64,000 nt of DNA. Origin: an uncultured virus (IMG/VR IMGVR_UViG_3300033073_001410) (lineage: Duplodnaviria; Heunggongvirae; Uroviricota; Caudoviricetes). A program made the position numbers and the translations under genes. The notes under the pieces were generated by a model. It saw nothing but the letters and a program-made list of their open reading frames with translations, was not told where the DNA came from and did not search any database. Numbering within the stretch: position 1 is the stretch's first letter; every line of letters begins with the position of its first letter. Shown here piece by piece: positions 51,264-60,065 of this stretch. The stretch lies in IMG/VR virus record IMGVR_UViG_3300033073_001410, positions 1 through 64,000 of that record. One strand, given 5' to 3'.

Positions 51264-53056
51264 TGGCTACTAGTAAGGTAAACAAAACAATTGAGGTACT
51301 AACAGACTTCGAACACATTATCAAAAGACCAACAATGTACGTTGGATCTGTTAAGAGAAGCGAAGAGGTTGTTCCGATTATAGGCGATGGATTCATCAAG
51401 TCAGTAACCAAAGAGCATTCGGTTGGAATGTATAAACTCTTTGATGAGGTTTTCGCAAACTCCGTAGATGAAGCTAAAAGAATGCAAACCCCCATGAAAA
51501 AAATAATAGTGGAGGTTTCATCTAAGGAAAATTCAATTGCAATCACGGATACTGGAGATGGGTTTACTAATGGATCGGTCATAAATAAAAAGAGTGGGAT
51601 GAGCAATATCGAAACCGCTGTATCCATGTTGAGAGCGGGATCCAATTTTGATAATGATAACATCGACGAATCCATAGTTGGTACTAATGGTATGGGGGTA
51701 AGTCTTGTAAATGCACTCTCCTATAAATTTTCAATAGAGACAACAAACAGTAAGGAAACGTACTCTCAAGAGTGGGACAATTTCAAATCATCAAAGCCCA
51801 CCATAAAAAATAAAACAAAAAGTAAGTCTACTGGAACTACTGTAAGATTTACACCTAATTCTAGCGTTTTTGATAATTCTAAATGGGACTATGCAACAAT
51901 TAGAACTTATCTTTGTCTGAGAAAGAGAGTACTCGAAACAGAGGAAAAAACTTCACAACTTAAAATCGAATTTATCTGGGATGGAAAAAATGAGATGATC
52001 ACATCGGAGCTTAATCCGGATTGGTCTGCAAAAACATCTATAGGTGAATTGTTAATCTGGGAAAAGAAAACCGATTCAGGATCTTTCTCTTTTGTAAATA
52101 GTGCACTTTGCACAGGTATCCACCAGAAGATAGTTTACGATAAGATTAATGGAGAATTGGAGGATTCACTCGGACACCATTTTTATGACACCTTACTCAT
52201 TCTAAACCTATCCCCGAAGATAGTGAGATTCGGTGACCAGAATAAGACAAAGTTTGTTTCTAAGAGAGAGGAGGTAGAACCTACCATAATAAGGAATTTC
52301 GATAGTGCTCTAGGTAAGTTTTTCCGTAGTGAGGTCTATAAGAAAATCAGAAAATCCGTAGACGATCGAAAAAAAGAGACTGCCCTTAAAAAAATAAGAA
52401 AGGAGAAAAAATCGATCAGAATAAAACACTCCAATAAATACTTTCCACCAACAGCCGGTAGAGCAGAGAATCTTTTTATAGTAGAAGGACTCAGTGCGAT
52501 GGGTTCGATCCTTCAAAAAAGAGATCCTAAAAAAGATGGGGTTTATGCTCTAAAGGGTAAAATAAAAAATGCCAGAAGTTTATCCGATCTTTCTGATAAC
52601 AGAGAAATACTGGAGCTGATGCAGATTTTAAATTTGGATCCTGCAGATCGATCATTAAACTGTCCATTCGAAAGAGTAGTTATAGCAACGGATCAGGATC
52701 CCGATGGTGCACACATTACATCTCTTTTAATAAACCTATTCTATATGTGGTTCCCTTGGATGATCAAAGAGGGAAGAGTTAGCTTCCTTGAAACTCCACT
52801 GGTAACTGTCGGTGATAGAACTAAAAGATATTTTTATTCACTGGAAGAATTCAAAAAGGGTGTAACCAAAAGCGAACGCGGTGCTATTCGATACTTAAAA
52901 GGACTCGGTTCTTTGTCTCTAGAAGACTGGGATCATGTTATGAAAAATAAGAGGATAATAGCTATCAAGGACGACACTAAAGCCAAGATCCATCTAGATA
53001 TGGCTTTTGGTAAATCGTCAGCAGAAAGAAAGAAGTGGCTGAGCACTGGGATGTAA
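51263..53056 (+). CDS. Type II topoisomerase ATPase/Toprim subunit (gp39+60/GyrB-like)
   Basis: RPTMYVG, EVFANSVDE, GTNGMG, EGLSA, LKGKI, DQDPDG, RYLKGLGS. Confidence 0.92.
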   Translation: MATSKVNKTIEVLTDFEHIIKRPTMYVGSVKRSEEVVPIIGDGFIKSVTKEHSVGMYKLFDEVFANSVDEAKRMQTPMKKIIVEVSSKENSIAITDTGDGFTNGSVINKKSGMSNIETAVSMLRAGSNFDNDNIDESIVGTNGMGVSLVNALSYKFSIETTNSKETYSQEWDNFKSSKPTIKNKTKSKSTGTTVRFTPNSSVFDNSKWDYATIRTYLCLRKRVLETEEKTSQLKIEFIWDGKNEMITSELNPDWSAKTSIGELLIWEKKTDSGSFSFVNSALCTGIHQKIVYDKINGELEDSLGHHFYDTLLILNLSPKIVRFGDQNKTKFVSKREEVEPTIIRNFDSALGKFFRSEVYKKIRKSVDDRKKETALKKIRKEKKSIRIKHSNKYFPPTAGRAENLFIVEGLSAMGSILQKRDPKKDGVYALKGKIKNARSLSDLSDNREILELMQILNLDPADRSLNCPFERVVIATDQDPDGAHITSLLINLFYMWFPWMIKEGRVSFLETPLVTVGDRTKRYFYSLEEFKKGVTKSERGAIRYLKGLGSLSLEDWDHVMKNKRIIAIKDDTKAKIHLDMAFGKSSAERKKWLSTGM

Positions 53057-53092
53057 TTTTTAATCCTCGAATATCTACGTTACTTTTATACT

Positions 53093-53338
53093 ATGTCCGA
53101 AAAAAAATCAAGAATCCCAAGAAAAAAGAAAAAGCAAATTCCTGAAGGAATGTACTGCTATAAGCCAACCTCCGGATGGAAGAAGTTTCCGGATGGCCGA
53201 TACGGGTACAGTATTAAGCCCTGTCCATTTTATCATCATAAATCTGACGGAATATTTGGAGGATGGTGTAAACTTATCGAAGGAGAGATAATGGATCAAT
53301 GTAAATCATGTGGAGAAAAACTTGGAAAAATAAAATAG
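53093..53338 (+). CDS. Small Cys-rich hypothetical protein
   Basis: IPEGMYCY..CPFY..C..CKSCG. Confidence 0.6.
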   Translation: MSEKKSRIPRKKKKQIPEGMYCYKPTSGWKKFPDGRYGYSIKPCPFYHHKSDGIFGGWCKLIEGEIMDQCKSCGEKLGKIK

Positions 53339-53339
53339 T

Positions 53340-54269
53340 ATGGAAAGAAGATATGGGTATTGTTGTATAAATCTTAGTTTGGACAAGGTCTCAACTAACA
53401 GAGGTATGGTTAAACGGACCTTTGAGGAAAGAGGGATCACGTATGCTTCGGAGTTGGCTCTCAGAAATGTAATTGATCTAAGACAAATTCTAGAATGGAA
53501 CTTCGATAACGGGATAAGGATGTATAGAATGTCCAGTGATATATTTCCTTGGTGTTCAGAATACGAAATTAAGGATTTACCCGATTATGAAGCTATCCGG
53601 GACATTTTAAGGTCGTGTGGTAACTTTGCAAAAACAACGGGTCAGAGAATAACTTTCCATCCATCTCCTTACGGAGTTCTGGCTTCGGATAGACCAGAGG
53701 TAGTAAAAAAAGCTCTAAAAGAGATCGCACAGCACGCAGAGATCTTCGATATAATGGAATTAGATCAAAACCATTATTATCCGATTAACGTGCACGTAAA
53801 CACAACTAAACCATCAAAAGAAGAGGCTGCAGAAAGATTCTGTTTGCACTTTCAGCTTTTACCTGACTCAGCAAAGAAAAGATTGGTATTAGAAGTGGAT
53901 GATAAAAGATCACAGTTTCATTCCGTTGATCTATATGAAATGGTACACAAAAAAATTGGTATCCCAGTAACTTTTGATTACTTACATAATCAGTGCAATC
54001 CACCAGAGGGCTTAACGGAGGAGGAGTCTTTAGGACTATGTCTTTCTACCTGGCCAGAAGGAATAACCCCAATAACACATTATTCCGATTCCAGAAGAAT
54101 TTTCGAGGATTCCTCCGCAAAAGAGGTTGCTCATTCCGATTGGATTTGGAAATCCCCCGAAACTTATGGTCTTGACTTTGATATAGAGTTTGAGGTTAAA
54201 ATGAAAGATTTAGCTCTCATGAAATACATAAAAGAAAAAGAACTGCTATATGAGGTCAAAAAATTCTAA
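53340..54269 (+). CDS. uvsE: UV damage endonuclease
   Basis: GYCCIN, YRMSSDIFP, RITFHP, NVHV, LVLE.DD, FDYLH, HYS, AHSD, EVKMKD. Confidence 0.9.
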   Translation: MERRYGYCCINLSLDKVSTNRGMVKRTFEERGITYASELALRNVIDLRQILEWNFDNGIRMYRMSSDIFPWCSEYEIKDLPDYEAIRDILRSCGNFAKTTGQRITFHPSPYGVLASDRPEVVKKALKEIAQHAEIFDIMELDQNHYYPINVHVNTTKPSKEEAAERFCLHFQLLPDSAKKRLVLEVDDKRSQFHSVDLYEMVHKKIGIPVTFDYLHNQCNPPEGLTEEESLGLCLSTWPEGITPITHYSDSRRIFEDSSAKEVAHSDWIWKSPETYGLDFDIEFEVKMKDLALMKYIKEKELLYEVKKF

Positions 54270-54492
54270 AGAAATCGATGAGTTTGAGCAACAGATAAAC
54301 AATCAAGACGTAAACTCACAGATTAAATACAGAGTAGATCGTGCTCTAGAAGCTTCCATTAAATATGATTATCTAGTAGAGACATTCGGGGAAGAGAAGG
54401 TTAATTCCATAGTAAAGGATTCTATCGATCTGTTCGATGTTGACTTTTACAATGAGGTAAAAGAAAAATTAGAATCAGGTAGAGATGTTTGA
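54250..54492 (+). CDS. Hypothetical protein
   Basis: 80 aa in overlapping operon. Confidence 0.5.
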   Translation: MRSKNSKEIDEFEQQINNQDVNSQIKYRVDRALEASIKYDYLVETFGEEKVNSIVKDSIDLFDVDFYNEVKEKLESGRDV

Positions 54493-54841
54493 TGATAATG
54501 ACGAGGAATTCGAGATGGAGAGAACTAGAGAACCACTTAAGCATCCCCAATACGATATTCTAAGAAATCACATAGAAAGATCCGTTCAGGATATGTTTCT
54601 TACCTCATTAAGAAGTCAGCCAATAGAGCTCGTTTTCATATTTGAGACTGAAGAACAGATAGACGGGTTTACCAATAGAATTCTAAAGTATTGGGAGAAT
54701 CTGGAAAAATATGAGATCTGTTCCGAGGTAATTGAATTGAGCAAACAGCTGAAAGATAAGTGGAAGGATCGGGATAACTTAGAAAAAACTGAAGGACTTC
54801 TTAGAATAAGAGACATCTTCAGATCCACTTTTAATGCTTAA
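54485..54841 (+). CDS. Hypothetical protein
   Basis: 118 aa; EKYEICSEVIEL UVR-like helical motif. Confidence 0.55.
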   Translation: MFDDNDEEFEMERTREPLKHPQYDILRNHIERSVQDMFLTSLRSQPIELVFIFETEEQIDGFTNRILKYWENLEKYEICSEVIELSKQLKDKWKDRDNLEKTEGLLRIRDIFRSTFNA

Positions 54842-54844
54842 ATC

Positions 54845-55876
54845 ATGACCGGAAAGGACTATTATAAAATTCTGGAAGTTAGTAAAAATGCTACTCCCGA
54901 TGAGATAAAAAAAGCTTACAGAAAACTAGCACATAAGCATCACCCAGATAAGGCGGGTAATACTGATGGGGCCAAAGAGAAATTCCAGGAAATAGTGGAA
55001 GCATACGAGACTCTCTCTAACCCAGATAAGAAATCAGCTTATGATAATCCATTTGCCAGAGCTGGACAGAACTGGAACTGGCAGAACGCAAATCCATTCC
55101 AAACTGGAGATTTTTCTAGTTTCTTCACAGGAAGGTCTCAGCAAAGAGAAACGATGATAAACAAGGGAAGAAATCTTAGCTCCTATGTTTCAGTTACTCT
55201 AGAGGAGATGATGACCGGATGTATTAAAAAAATTAGGGTAAACAGGAGAGTTCAGTGTGATCCATGTAAAGGTACTGGAGCTGAAAATGGAGAAACTATA
55301 GGATGTCACCACTGTGGTGGAATCGGTAAGGTTAACCGAACAGTCCAACATACCTTCGGAGAAATAGTTATGCAGGAAGATTGCTACAGCTGTAAAGGGA
55401 GCGGAGTAATTTCTAAAACTAACTGTAATAACTGCAGCGGATCCGGTTTAATAAGAAAAGAGGAAGAACTTGAAACCTCTATTCCCAAGGGATCGATAAG
55501 CGGGGTATCATATTTGGTTGTAGGTAAAGGAGACTGGGCAAAATCTCCAGCTAATCCTGGTGACTTAATTATAAACGTAGAGGAATATGCTCACGCAACA
55601 TATAGAAGAGATGGAATAAATCTTATACACGATAAGTACCTTTCTTTTAAGGAGGCATGTTTGGGATCAACCCTAGACATTCCCGATCTTAAAGGTTCCA
55701 CACTAAGAATAAAAATCCCTCCTGGTACTTCATCAGAGAAGGTTTTTAGATTACAAGGAAAAGGAATACCTGAATTTAATGGTATCGGAAATGGAGACAT
55801 TTTGGTTAAGACCTATATAAGGATACCAAGCGATTTAAGTGAAGAACAAATAAAAGCTTTAGAATTATTCGAATGA
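54845..55876 (+). CDS. dnaJ: DnaJ chaperone
   Basis: J-domain with HPD, four CxxCxGxG repeats, C-terminal substrate-binding domain. Confidence 0.95.
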   Translation: MTGKDYYKILEVSKNATPDEIKKAYRKLAHKHHPDKAGNTDGAKEKFQEIVEAYETLSNPDKKSAYDNPFARAGQNWNWQNANPFQTGDFSSFFTGRSQQRETMINKGRNLSSYVSVTLEEMMTGCIKKIRVNRRVQCDPCKGTGAENGETIGCHHCGGIGKVNRTVQHTFGEIVMQEDCYSCKGSGVISKTNCNNCSGSGLIRKEEELETSIPKGSISGVSYLVVGKGDWAKSPANPGDLIINVEEYAHATYRRDGINLIHDKYLSFKEACLGSTLDIPDLKGSTLRIKIPPGTSSEKVFRLQGKGIPEFNGIGNGDILVKTYIRIPSDLSEEQIKALELFE

Positions 55877-56187
55877 TTGAATTTATTATTATTATGCTAC
55901 TCTTTGGTTTTTCTGTTACAACCACAGTAGTCAACGGATCTATATTTGATAACCTGAGAAATTGGGCTCTTGTGAAATTGCCTTTCATTGGTAAGCTACT
56001 CACATGTATAATGTGCTTTGGTTTTTGGATTGGCGTTTTGATTTTCTATCCTCTTAACTTTATGGGATTCTTAGAACCTATTGGGGAAATGCCAATTTGG
56101 TTTAACTATATTTTCTACCCGTTCATACAGAGCTCAACTGGAATGGTTTTAGAATCAGTGATAATATTTTTTAGAAAATCTAAATAA
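55873..56187 (+). CDS. DUF1360-like membrane protein
   Basis: Hydrophobic helices with [11 protein letters not shown]. Confidence 0.55.
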   Translation: MIEFIIIMLLFGFSVTTTVVNGSIFDNLRNWALVKLPFIGKLLTCIMCFGFWIGVLIFYPLNFMGFLEPIGEMPIWFNYIFYPFIQSSTGMVLESVIIFFRKSK

Positions 56188-56188
56188 A

Positions 56189-57586
56189 ATGAGTCAGCTT
56201 AATATATCAGAGCAAATAAACACCCAATATCGAACATACGCACTATATGTTTTACAAAGCAGAGGTATACCAAACTTCTATGACGCTCTAACACCAGTAC
56301 AGAGATTAATACTTGAAAACTCACCCTCTAGATTCAATAAGACCATAGGCTTGGTTGGAGAGGTAATTAAAACCGGACTATATCACCACGGGGATTCATC
56401 CCTGGCAGGAGCAATTTCTAAATTAGCCAGACCTTTTGGCTGTTCATATGGTGTATTAGAGGGAGACGGATTCTTCGGATCCCCGGTTAATCCAAGTCCA
56501 TCCGCACCAAGGTATACCTCAGTTAGAGTTAATCAAAAAATAAAGGATATCATCTTTAAGAACTATGATCTTAATGAGAAAAACCAGGAGGGAGGTCACG
56601 ATTGGATTCATGTAGAATTTCCAGTTGGTCTATTAACTCATGTTGTAGGAATAGCGGTTGGGTACAGAAGTAACATCTTACCCAGAAAAATGGAGGACGT
56701 TGCTGAGTATCTTCAAGGAACACCTAAACTTCTTAAACCCTACTTTAGAGATTTCTCTGGAAAGATCACGAAATGGATGAACGAGGATAGTTCTTGGCTC
56801 ATTGAAAGTGGATTTGAAGTAGATAAGAATAAGAAGTTAGTTAGAATCTTTGACTTACCTCCGGTAATGAGATACGATAGCTTTATCAGCAAGCTGGACG
56901 ATAAATTAGATAGATCTGGACATGATTATAGGATAGAGAATAGATCTCAGAGTAAATGTGATCTCATCGTTTCCTTTAGAGGTATGAATCCGGAGACATT
57001 TGATGAAGTGGTTGCGATGATTTCCAAATTGACCAAGATCATCGTGAAGGAGGATGTCATCTTCGTTAAGGACGGTAACGTGATGGAGTTTTCATCTGTC
57101 AAGGATTACTTGGATCACTTTAAAACCCACTTAGAGCTTGTCAGATTAAAAAGATTAATAAGGGACGAATATGACTTCTCCAGAGAATTAGCTTTTCTTG
57201 AGGCAAAATTAAAATTCTTGAATTTTATGATCGCTAAGAAGAGGAACAATAAAGAGATTACTGAGTTCGTTTCTCAATTTGAATCCTGGATTTCCTCTAG
57301 ACTACAGAAAATAGAAGCTGTAAAGCTTAGCGTCGAGCACATAAAGCAAACCGAGGAGGATATCAAAGAGATCAAGAAAAAAATAGCCCAATTGAAGAAA
57401 GATATAAAGGATCAAGAGAAAAACTACAAGAAGGTTTGTAAAGATCTGGAGAAAATATCTAAAACGAAGCAGACCAAAATAGTCAACAGCTTATTTGAAG
57501 AAACCCAAATTAACGGGATAGAAATATTCCAGGTTGAGGAGGAAGAAGAAAAAGTTGAGGAAATTGAGGAAGAAGATGAAATTTAA
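56189..57586 (+). CDS. Type II topoisomerase breakage-reunion subunit (gp52/GyrA-like)
   Basis: RGIP..YDALTPVQR, YHHGDSS, G.FGS, APRYT catalytic Tyr, GIAVGY. Confidence 0.92.
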   Translation: MSQLNISEQINTQYRTYALYVLQSRGIPNFYDALTPVQRLILENSPSRFNKTIGLVGEVIKTGLYHHGDSSLAGAISKLARPFGCSYGVLEGDGFFGSPVNPSPSAPRYTSVRVNQKIKDIIFKNYDLNEKNQEGGHDWIHVEFPVGLLTHVVGIAVGYRSNILPRKMEDVAEYLQGTPKLLKPYFRDFSGKITKWMNEDSSWLIESGFEVDKNKKLVRIFDLPPVMRYDSFISKLDDKLDRSGHDYRIENRSQSKCDLIVSFRGMNPETFDEVVAMISKLTKIIVKEDVIFVKDGNVMEFSSVKDYLDHFKTHLELVRLKRLIRDEYDFSRELAFLEAKLKFLNFMIAKKRNNKEITEFVSQFESWISSRLQKIEAVKLSVEHIKQTEEDIKEIKKKIAQLKKDIKDQEKNYKKVCKDLEKISKTKQTKIVNSLFEETQINGIEIFQVEEEEEKVEEIEEEDEI

Positions 57587-57623
57587 AAGTAAATCCACAG
57601 TAAGAACTATTAAAAGATAAAAT

Positions 57624-58388
57624 ATGAGACTGAGAATCACAAGCACAGGGAATCTGATCACTCTATTGAAAAGATTAAAATCAGTAGAGAAAAGCGTTAT
57701 CCTGGAATTAAGGGAGGATGGAATTTTTTCCAAGGTACACACACCAGACAAATCAGTAATGAAATATTCATCGGTTAAATTCGATGATGTTTTAGAAGGC
57801 GACATCGATTGGAAATCAATCAAATGTGACCGAATTAAAATAGGAATTATCGACGTTACAAGGCTAATTGACGCTTTTAAGCATTTCAGACCTGAGGAAG
57901 AGATCTTTATTGAAATCCCTACAGAAATGGTTGATGGATCATGTATATCTACGGAGATCAAATTAATCTCGGCTTCACTTAGTATTAAATTAAAATGTGC
58001 AGATCTTTCCTTACTTTCTTATGTTGAAGATTCTATCTTGGATCTGGTACATAGCAGAGAAGATGCTTTGATGAGATTTAAGATCTACCAATCAGACTTT
58101 ACTACCATAACATCTCTATGCGGACTAGAAACAAATTCTGAAGAGATCCTATGTTTTGATGTAAAGGAAAAGAATGTTTATGCTATTGGTGATTCCTTTA
58201 ACTATAAATTAAATATCGGATCCTCTGAAATCATTCTGGAGGACGGATCAAATTCTCCTAACATTTACAAAAAAGAACTATCATACATGGAGCCTGAAAC
58301 ATGCGAGGTATACGTACATGATAATAGAATGGTAATGGTTTCTGAACAATCGGCTACTTCAATAGCAATGGGATTAGTAGAAAAATAA
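57624..58388 (+). CDS. Putative DNA sliding clamp (PCNA/gp45-like)
   Basis: 254 aa; alpha/beta periodicity like a PCNA N-terminus; directly upstream of the polymerase C-half. Confidence 0.55.
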   Translation: MRLRITSTGNLITLLKRLKSVEKSVILELREDGIFSKVHTPDKSVMKYSSVKFDDVLEGDIDWKSIKCDRIKIGIIDVTRLIDAFKHFRPEEEIFIEIPTEMVDGSCISTEIKLISASLSIKLKCADLSLLSYVEDSILDLVHSREDALMRFKIYQSDFTTITSLCGLETNSEEILCFDVKEKNVYAIGDSFNYKLNIGSSEIILEDGSNSPNIYKKELSYMEPETCEVYVHDNRMVMVSEQSATSIAMGLVEK

Positions 58389-58392
58389 GAAT

Positions 58393-59541
58393 ATGACCCA
58401 GGAAGAAATACTAGAAATAAAAGAAAGGATAGAAAGTCTTACCTCGCTCAAGAATGAGCTTAAGAATGAGGAACAGGCAATTAAGTTAACGATGAACTCC
58501 ATCTACGGAGCGATCGGGAACAACTGGTTTGTTTGCTTCAATCCTGACGTAGCAGAATCGGTAACGCTTCAGGGACAAGATTTAATAAAATATTCTGAGA
58601 AGATTCTACATAAGTACTTTCATGAGCACTGGCATCTTGATAAGGAGTTACATGAAAAGCTTGGTGTTACTGATGTTAAAAGGGTGATTAAACCTCTGGT
58701 AGTTTATGGAGATACTGATTCTAATTATGTTACATTCCAGGAAGTAGTGGATTCATGTAACTATCAGGGAGACGATAAAGAGCTTATCCTAAAGATAAAC
58801 GAATATCGATTAAATGATTACTTAAAGAAATGCTTCGATATTTACTCTAAAAAATGGAATACCGATAACTATCAGGATTTTGAGCTTGAAACTCTTTCTT
58901 ATAATGGTATATTCCTAGGTAAGAAAAAATATGTGGTTAACCTTGCTTATGATTCAGGTATACACACTGACGCCCTTTCTCAATTGAAATTCACAGGGGT
59001 GGAGATGATTAAAGGGGGTACACCTCCTTTTGTTAGAGAGAAACTTGTATATCTGACAAAGTTCATATTCTCAAAAGGTAGAAATTTTGACATTCGTGAG
59101 TTTGTTAAGGAGCTTAAGAATATAAAGAAGGACTTTAAAGTTCAGGAGCCCAAGAGTATTTCAGCTTCAGTGAATATCAATAACTACGAGAAGTTTATAC
59201 TTAATGACACTACTGGATTCGAGGTGGCTAAGGCATGTCCAATCCACGTAAGAGCATCAGGATACCATAATTATTTGCTAAATAATTCTAAATATAAAAG
59301 CAAATACTCTTTGATCAGAAGCTCAGAGAAAGTCAACTACTATTTCGTTAAAACTAAATCGATCGCAGATAACAACGTATTTGCTTATCCACAGGGGACA
59401 TATCCATATGAGTTTGCCCCGCCGATTGATTATGACGAGCAGTTTACTAAAACTATTCTCGATCCCATTAATAGATTCATCGAAGTCATGGGATATAATA
59501 AGATAAGTCCGAATCTATTCATGATTAATGCTCTTTTTTGA
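58393..59541 (+). CDS. Family B DNA polymerase, C-terminal half (motifs B and C, thumb)
   Basis: KLTMNSIYG, VTLQGQ, YGDTDS, KKKY, TGVE, PIHVRA. Confidence 0.92.
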   Translation: MTQEEILEIKERIESLTSLKNELKNEEQAIKLTMNSIYGAIGNNWFVCFNPDVAESVTLQGQDLIKYSEKILHKYFHEHWHLDKELHEKLGVTDVKRVIKPLVVYGDTDSNYVTFQEVVDSCNYQGDDKELILKINEYRLNDYLKKCFDIYSKKWNTDNYQDFELETLSYNGIFLGKKKYVVNLAYDSGIHTDALSQLKFTGVEMIKGGTPPFVREKLVYLTKFIFSKGRNFDIREFVKELKNIKKDFKVQEPKSISASVNINNYEKFILNDTTGFEVAKACPIHVRASGYHNYLLNNSKYKSKYSLIRSSEKVNYYFVKTKSIADNNVFAYPQGTYPYEFAPPIDYDEQFTKTILDPINRFIEVMGYNKISPNLFMINALF

Positions 59542-59543
59542 TT

Positions 59544-59738
59544 ATGGGATTTCATAAGAGACACATACCTGAATTAGAGAAATTAAAAGAAATAAGAACC
59601 TCTTGCAACGATGATAAAGAATTTTTGGATAGGATCGTTGGTAGAGCGGATGCTTTCGTCGGTTCTAAAGAATCTATGCAGTATTTGGACCAAGTTTACG
59701 AAGAAATCAAAAAAAGAGAAGAAGGTCATGAGGAGTGA
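59544..59738 (+). CDS. Small hypothetical protein
   Basis: MGFHKRHI..; ATG at 59544. Confidence 0.5.
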   Translation: MGFHKRHIPELEKLKEIRTSCNDDKEFLDRIVGRADAFVGSKESMQYLDQVYEEIKKREEGHEE

Positions 59739-60021
59739 GGAAGAGATTAAAGAATATCTTATAGATTCCTTAAATGCTGTTGTTTTTACCGGCAGGGAAT
59801 ATGAGGAGTATAAATTACTTATGATAGAGGAGGCAAACGATATACTTTCTGATAAGAAAAGATACGTGATATCAAGTCCACTCCCTATACACTCAAAATT
59901 ATCCAGAATTAATGATCTTATAGACTTTTTTACTATCCAGGAGGAGAAAGAAATAGTCAAAGATTTGACTGCTCTAAGAGATTCGGTTAGACTTCGTTTC
60001 TATTTCGAAGAATTCGTATAA
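59728..60021 (+). CDS. Hypothetical protein (probable start MRSEEE)
   Basis: ATG at 59728 overlaps the end of the previous gene. Confidence 0.5.
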   Translation: MRSEEEIKEYLIDSLNAVVFTGREYEEYKLLMIEEANDILSDKKRYVISSPLPIHSKLSRINDLIDFFTIQEEKEIVKDLTALRDSVRLRFYFEEFV

Positions 60022-60036
60022 AATCCCTTCGATTGG

Positions 60037-60044
60037 GATATATA
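60037..60044 (+). promoter_or_regulatory. Putative late promoter GATATATA
   Basis: Recurrent octamer 21 nt upstream of ATG 60066. Confidence 0.6.
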
Positions 60045-60065
60045 AGAAGCAAAATAAATTACAAC

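Noticed and set aside
43600..58520. Split intein or intron joining the polymerase halves
   Set aside because: No Cys/Ser-initiated intein N-part or His-Asn C-part at the junctions; the intervening DNA is ordinary genes
59611..60065. Track start codons at 59611, 60033, 41501 and 41531
   Set aside because: Upstream extensions overlap other genes or promoters; downstream ATGs (59728, 60066, 41552, 41402) fit better
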